From Torpedo marmorata (taxonomy: Eukaryota), in NCBI GenBank assembly GCA_977017645.1, contig OZ360221.1, forward strand, positions 203,422,001 to 203,486,000: 64,000 nt of DNA. Direction: 5' to 3'. Shown here piece after piece: positions 59,001 through 64,000 of the stretch; positions within the stretch are counted from its first letter, which is position 1, and each line of letters starts with the position of its first letter. The notes beneath the pieces are model-generated. The model was given only the letters and a program-made list of their open reading frames with translations, had not been told where the DNA came from and did not search any database. The translations under genes were made by a program, and so were the position numbers.

Positions 59001-61418
59001 CTTAAGGGGAACTTTGAACGCTTCGATGGAAGATTAGCTGATCTGGAAAGAGGAGTTGGAGTTTATGATCACAGGCTTAATGATGTTGAGAAGAAATTAA
59101 TTGAAGTTACAGCTGTGATGGAAAAATGTAAACAAAAGTCTATTGATTTGGAAAGCAGAAGTCGAAGACAGAATTTGCGTATTTTTGGATTGCCTGAAGA
59201 TACAGAAACTGATGATTCGATTAAATTCTTTACTAATATGTTGGCTGAGATGTTCCTGGGTGTTTTGAAGAAACCCCCACTTCTGGATCGAGCACATCGA
59301 GCTTTAAAAAGGAAACCTTCTGCTGAAGCTAGACCTCGTCCAGTGATTCTTTGTTTTCATTACATTCAAACCAAAGAAGCAATTACCGTATTTGACGGCG
59401 TATAGGACCCACTGGCATATAGAACCCCCCATTTTTAGCGTGAGATTTCAGGAAAAATTTGTTTTAGTGTATTTACATTCGCAGCAGCAACACATCCTCC
59501 TGCCCGCCGCACGCCGAGGCTCAGGCTGCTTCTCCCCACTGCCCAAACGCTAATTGATTGACAGGTGTGCCAGGACCTGAGGGCGCACGAGAGTGGGAGG
59601 GAGAGAAGCCAGGACAACGGGCAGGGCCCAGGCCCACCGTCGCGGGGAGCAGACAATCGATCGCTTGCTTTGAGGGGAGTGCTGGGCCTCGGTGATCAGG
59701 CTCCACGCTGAGCCATTGTTCGACGCGCACGGCCCCCCGAACAGATTGAATGAGGCGGGGGGGGCGGGTGGCAGTGAGCGAGCGGCCTGTTGAGCTGAGC
59801 TTGACAGGCTGCTCACTCACTGCCACCCGCCCCCGCGCCTCATTCAATTTGCTCGAGGGTCCATGCTTGTCGAACAAAGCCTGATCAACGAGGCCCAGCG
59901 CTCCCCTCAAAGCACTGTTGGTGAGAGCGAGCGAGCGGGAGGGAGAGAGCGGGCGGGACCAAGCGAGTGAGAGGGCGGGAGGTAGCGAGCGGGCGGGAGG
60001 GAGCGAGCGGGAAGGAGAGAGTGGGTGCGAGGGAGAGAGCGAGCAGGAGGGAGAGAGCGAACGGGAGGGAGAGAGCGAGCTGGTGGGCGGGAAGGAGGGA
60101 GAGAGCAAGCCTTCTTACCGGGGGAAGTGAGCGGCGGCAACTCTGGAAAGCACGGGCCACCCAAGGGAAGGTGGTCCGCGAAGCTGCGGGCCCGCTTCCT
60201 GGACTCCACTCGGTGCCCAAAATGTCACCTTTGCGTATAAGACCCGGGGTGGCTTTTGAGGCAATTTTTTGGGGAAAAAAGGGGCATCTTATATGCTGTC
60301 AAATACAGTATTCATGAAGCTCATAAGCGCGGGAAAATACTTTACAAAGAAACTGAAATTCGTTTTGTTGAAGATTAGCCTCAAGAAGTTCTTGCTTGAG
60401 AGAGCTAAATACAGAGATGTTATGTCTGAGCTTTATAGTAAGCAATATCGACCCTCTCTTCGCTATCCAGCACATCTGAAGATCTTTCCGAAGGATAATC
60501 CCCCTAAGTGGCTTGTTTCTCCTGATGATGCATGGAAATTTCTCCAAGATAGTTCAACTACTTCGCAATCAACATGAACATTTTAACCTGGCTGTGTGGT
60601 TGATGCAGCTGAAGAAATCTCATGCTGAAATATGGTGACTGGAATGTAGTTTGATTCGAACGCTGGTTCGAACTGCTTGAATATATGTAATTTTTCTTTT
60701 GCTCCTTTTGGTTTTTTTTTTATATAGACTTATTCTGGTTAATGAAGTTTTTTTTAAATGATTTAACAGGTTTAGTTTTTTTTTTAAACTTTGCTATTAG
60801 TTTTCTTTTGTTTCTTTGTTTAGTTTAATTTTAATTTTTTTTATTGAACCGGATTTAAATGCAGTAAATTTTGTTTGATTAATTTTTAGTCTTTGATGTT
60901 TATCAATTTGTTGGATTATGGTTTCTTTTACTCAAATTCATTAGATGAATTCAAAATGGAAGCTCTGTTTTTTTTTATCATCTTGATTTTTAGACAGTCC
61001 AAACTGTCTTTTTCTTGTTTTTAAATTCCATTAGTTTGTTTTGTCTTATTGTTGTGGGAACAAACATTAGTTTTAATCTTGGAGTCGTGCCAGTTGGAGC
61101 CGTGGGTTAAGGATTAATAGCTGTAGCATGCTGTCCTTCTCCAGGATAGTTTTTTTCAGGGCTTGGGGGGAGGGGGATGGGCTATTTAGAGATTTAGTTT
61201 CACTGGGCAGCCTTGAGAAGATATTGCTATCTGCATTGTTTCAATGTTCTGGACTGAACCACAGTTTGCTGTCTCCTTTTGAATGTAGTCTGCACATGCA
61301 ATTTAAATATGTTCTTTTATAGTTATTAAAATTATTTTAAATATGGATGTAAAGACATAACTTGATTTCTTTTAATGTTAACGACTGGAATCACCCAGTT
61401 AAACGTAAAAAGGTTTTT
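59001..61418 (+). mobile_element. L1 ORF1 remainder, spacer and start of ORF2
   Basis: DLESRSRRQNLRIFGLPE, LDRAHRAL, PRPVI, LRYPAHLKI (L1 ORF1p RRM/CTD); APE start LISFNVN...HPVKRKKVF at ~61360-61418. Confidence 0.88.
59386..60308. mobile_element. Tc1/mariner-superfamily (Tc2/pogo-like) MITE inserted in L1 ORF1
   Basis: TIR CCGTATTTGACGGCGTATA / TATATGCTGTCAAATACAG; TA TSD at 59384-59385 and 60309-60310; GC-rich interior with GAGC repeats. Confidence 0.85.
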
Positions 61419-63801
61419 CTTTCTTTTTTAAATCTCTTTATTAATTCCATAAAATCATGGATATAACAGTTCATTCACTATATACGTTTACAGAGAAAAA
61501 GCAAAGAAAAGCATTATCACATGTTCCATTAATCCATCCATAACAGAGTATACATTACAGATATATATCAATTTTTTTTCTTTACAATTTAGTATTATAC
61601 CAATAGATATAAAAAGAACCAAGCCACAAAAAAAAGATAACATAGTAATTTCACCATAATACATTTTTTTATAAAAGCTAAAACAATCTAAACTAGCCTA
61701 CCACCTATCCCCACCCCAGAATTGCACTGACCTGTAGAAATAATATAACTTCAAAGCATGAGGAATCATAAACACTGATAATAGTCGATAAAGGAACCCC
61801 AAATATTAGTAAATTTTAGGTTTAATTTAATATTTGAACATCTAATTTTTTCTAATGTTAAATAGGACATTAAACTTGATAGCCAATCTTCATAGATAGG
61901 AGGATTACCATCCTTCCATTTTAGCAAGATCTGTCGCCTTGCAACCAGAGAAGAAAAAGCAATCACATGTTTTTGATTATTAGTAAGATCATGATTACTA
62001 GGATCATTTATACCAAATATTGCTATAAATGGATTTGGATCTAATTGAGTAGTTAAATCCAAAGAAAGAGTACAAAAAATTTTGTTCCAAAATCTAACTA
62101 ACTTAGGGCACAACCAAAACATGTGAAATAATTTACCTTCATGAACATTACATCTATCACACATAGATGATATATTTGATGAGAATTTAGCCAGTAAAGA
62201 TTTCGAGTAATGAGCTCTGTGAACTACTTTGAATTGAATTAAATTATGTCTTGCACATAATGAAGAGGTATGGATACAGTCCAAAATATTGGACCACACT
62301 GAAGGTGAAAAAACTTCTAAAAAAATCTCTTTCCTAAGCCTCCTTTATTTTATCCACATGCTGTATCACATTTTATTTTAAAAGGTTATAAAATACTGAC
62401 AATGGTTTTGGTATATCAGGAGTAATAGTAAAAACCTTTTCTTTGATTACTAACTTTAAATCTAAAGGAAACTCCAATCTAAAAGAACTTATAAAATTCC
62501 TAACTTGAAAGTATCTAAAATAATTGTTTCTAGATAAGTTATACTTATTAACCATCTGTTCAAAAGTAATAAAATTAGAGTATATAAACAAGTCTTTAAA
62601 TGAACATACACCTGATCTTGCCAAATGTGGAACCCTCTATCCCCACTAGCTGGGGTAAAAAAGGTATTGAAATTTATTGTACTATCAAGCAAGAAATTAA
62701 GGAAATTATTAGCTTTTCTGAATTGGAACCATATTTTTAATGTTTGTTTAACTATCTTGTTATTAGAAATTTTGGAATATTTAAAGGGTGAAGGCATTCC
62801 TAATATAGATACTAACGAATGTTTACCTATAACCTTCATTTCTGATTTCATCCATTTAAATCTTTCTTGATAAAATGTATCCAAATATTAATAAATATAA
62901 TGTTAGCAGCCCAATAATAATTCCTGAATTTAGGTAAAGCAAAACCACCCTGTGGTTTGTCATTTTGTAGTACTTCCTTTCTTGGTCTTTTACCATTCCA
63001 AATAAAAGACGAAATTAAAGAGTCTATTTGATCAAAAAATACTTTAGGGAGAAATACTGGAAGTGCTTGGAATACATACAAAAATTTAGGTAAAATATTC
63101 ATTTTGATAATGTTTATACGACCAATTAATGACATCATTAACAGAGACCACACTTTAGTTAAATTTTTAACTAAAATTCTCTTTATATAGGTGATCAAAT
63201 TTCACTGTAATGTTAACCCCAAGATATATTAAATATTTTTAACTACTTTAAAAGGAACTTGAAATGGTAGTACATGAGGTGATTTTATCATCATTAATTC
63301 GCTTTTACCTAAATTCAATTTATATCCCGATAAACTTCCAAATCTATCCAGTAATTGTAAAATCACTGGAACAGAATTTTTAGGATCTGAAACAAACAGC
63401 AGCAGGTCATCTGCATATAATGATACGTTATTTTCCATTCCCTCTCTTACAATACCTGTAATATTTTCTGATTGTTTAACTGCCAATGCTAACGGTTCCA
63501 AAGCAATATCAAATAATAATGGGCTTAGTGGACATCCCTGTCTCGTCCCTCGGGATAATTTAAAAGGCAATGATTTCATTGAATTCGTAACAACCCTAGC
63601 TTGTGGTAAAGCATAGATTATCTTAATCCAATTAATAAATTTTGGTCCAAAATCAAATTTCCACAAAACCGTAAACAGGTAATTCCACTCCACCCTATCA
63701 GAGGCCTTCTCAGCATCTAATGAAATTACACTTTCAAAGGGAGTCTGCACTGGAGAATATACTATATTTAACAACCTCCTTATGTGTACCATATGTATCG
63801 T
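61414..63801 (-). mobile_element. L1 ORF2 (RT and C-terminus) with 3' UTR and A-rich tail, degenerate
   Basis: HIRRLLNI, ISLDAEKA, RGTRQGCPLSPLLF, SLYADDLLL, GRINIIKMNILPK, CDRC...HMFWLC; AATAAA then A-rich tail at ~61414-61445. Confidence 0.92.
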
Positions 63802-64000
63802 CATGGCAGCGCTTCCGCTGGTGCAGACCTGCGGGGAGCGCGGGGAGCCGTCGGCTCCTCACGGGCTTTGAACAGCCCGTTGAGGGAGCCGACAGTGGTT
63901 TTATTTGAGATCCTGCGACCGCGGGGTCTGCACCCAAGATGGCAGCGCCTTTTAACCGGCAGCAGCCATGAGGGGCTGCAGACTCCGGGGAAGCAGAGGA
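63802..64000 (+). mobile_element. ~0.8-kb non-tRNA retroposon, copy 5 (runs off window), inserted in L1 ORF2
   Basis: Matches 57045-57280 (GACCGCGGGGTCTGCACCCAAGATGGCAGCGCC). Confidence 0.85.

Noticed and set aside
59521-60317. Ser/Pro- and Arg/Glu-rich ORFs
   Set aside because: Low-complexity interior of the Tc2-like MITE

Overview
Eukaryotic, repeat-dense genomic DNA. The mix of V-SINE-like SINEs, esterase-bearing CR1, Rex-Babar, Penelope remnants, L1/Tx1 and Gmr1-type and BEL LTR elements suggests a vertebrate, probably a cartilaginous fish (inference). No host exon could be identified with confidence. Contents: (1) a Gmr1-type Gypsy element (PR-IN-RT-RH order) with tRNA-Pro PBS and most of RT deleted; (2) two copies of a non-autonomous BEL/Pao LTR element, each nested in a LINE; (3) CR1, Rex-Babar, L1 and Tx1 LINEs; (4) tRNA-derived SINEs and a ~0.8-kb non-tRNA retroposon; (5) Tc1, hAT, Tc2/pogo and Harbinger-like non-autonomous DNA elements; (6) a perfect 256-bp palindrome. 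Main finding: the BEL family has a SAP domain on Gag and has lost RT, RNase H and the integrase core. These are replaced by ~1 kb of foreign coding sequence fused in frame to Gag-protease that closely resembles the host coiled-coil protein MIPOL1 (comparison from memory, not a database search). The copy at 40095-46175 has apparently identical LTRs and an intact >1150-aa ORF, so this form appears to have moved recently.
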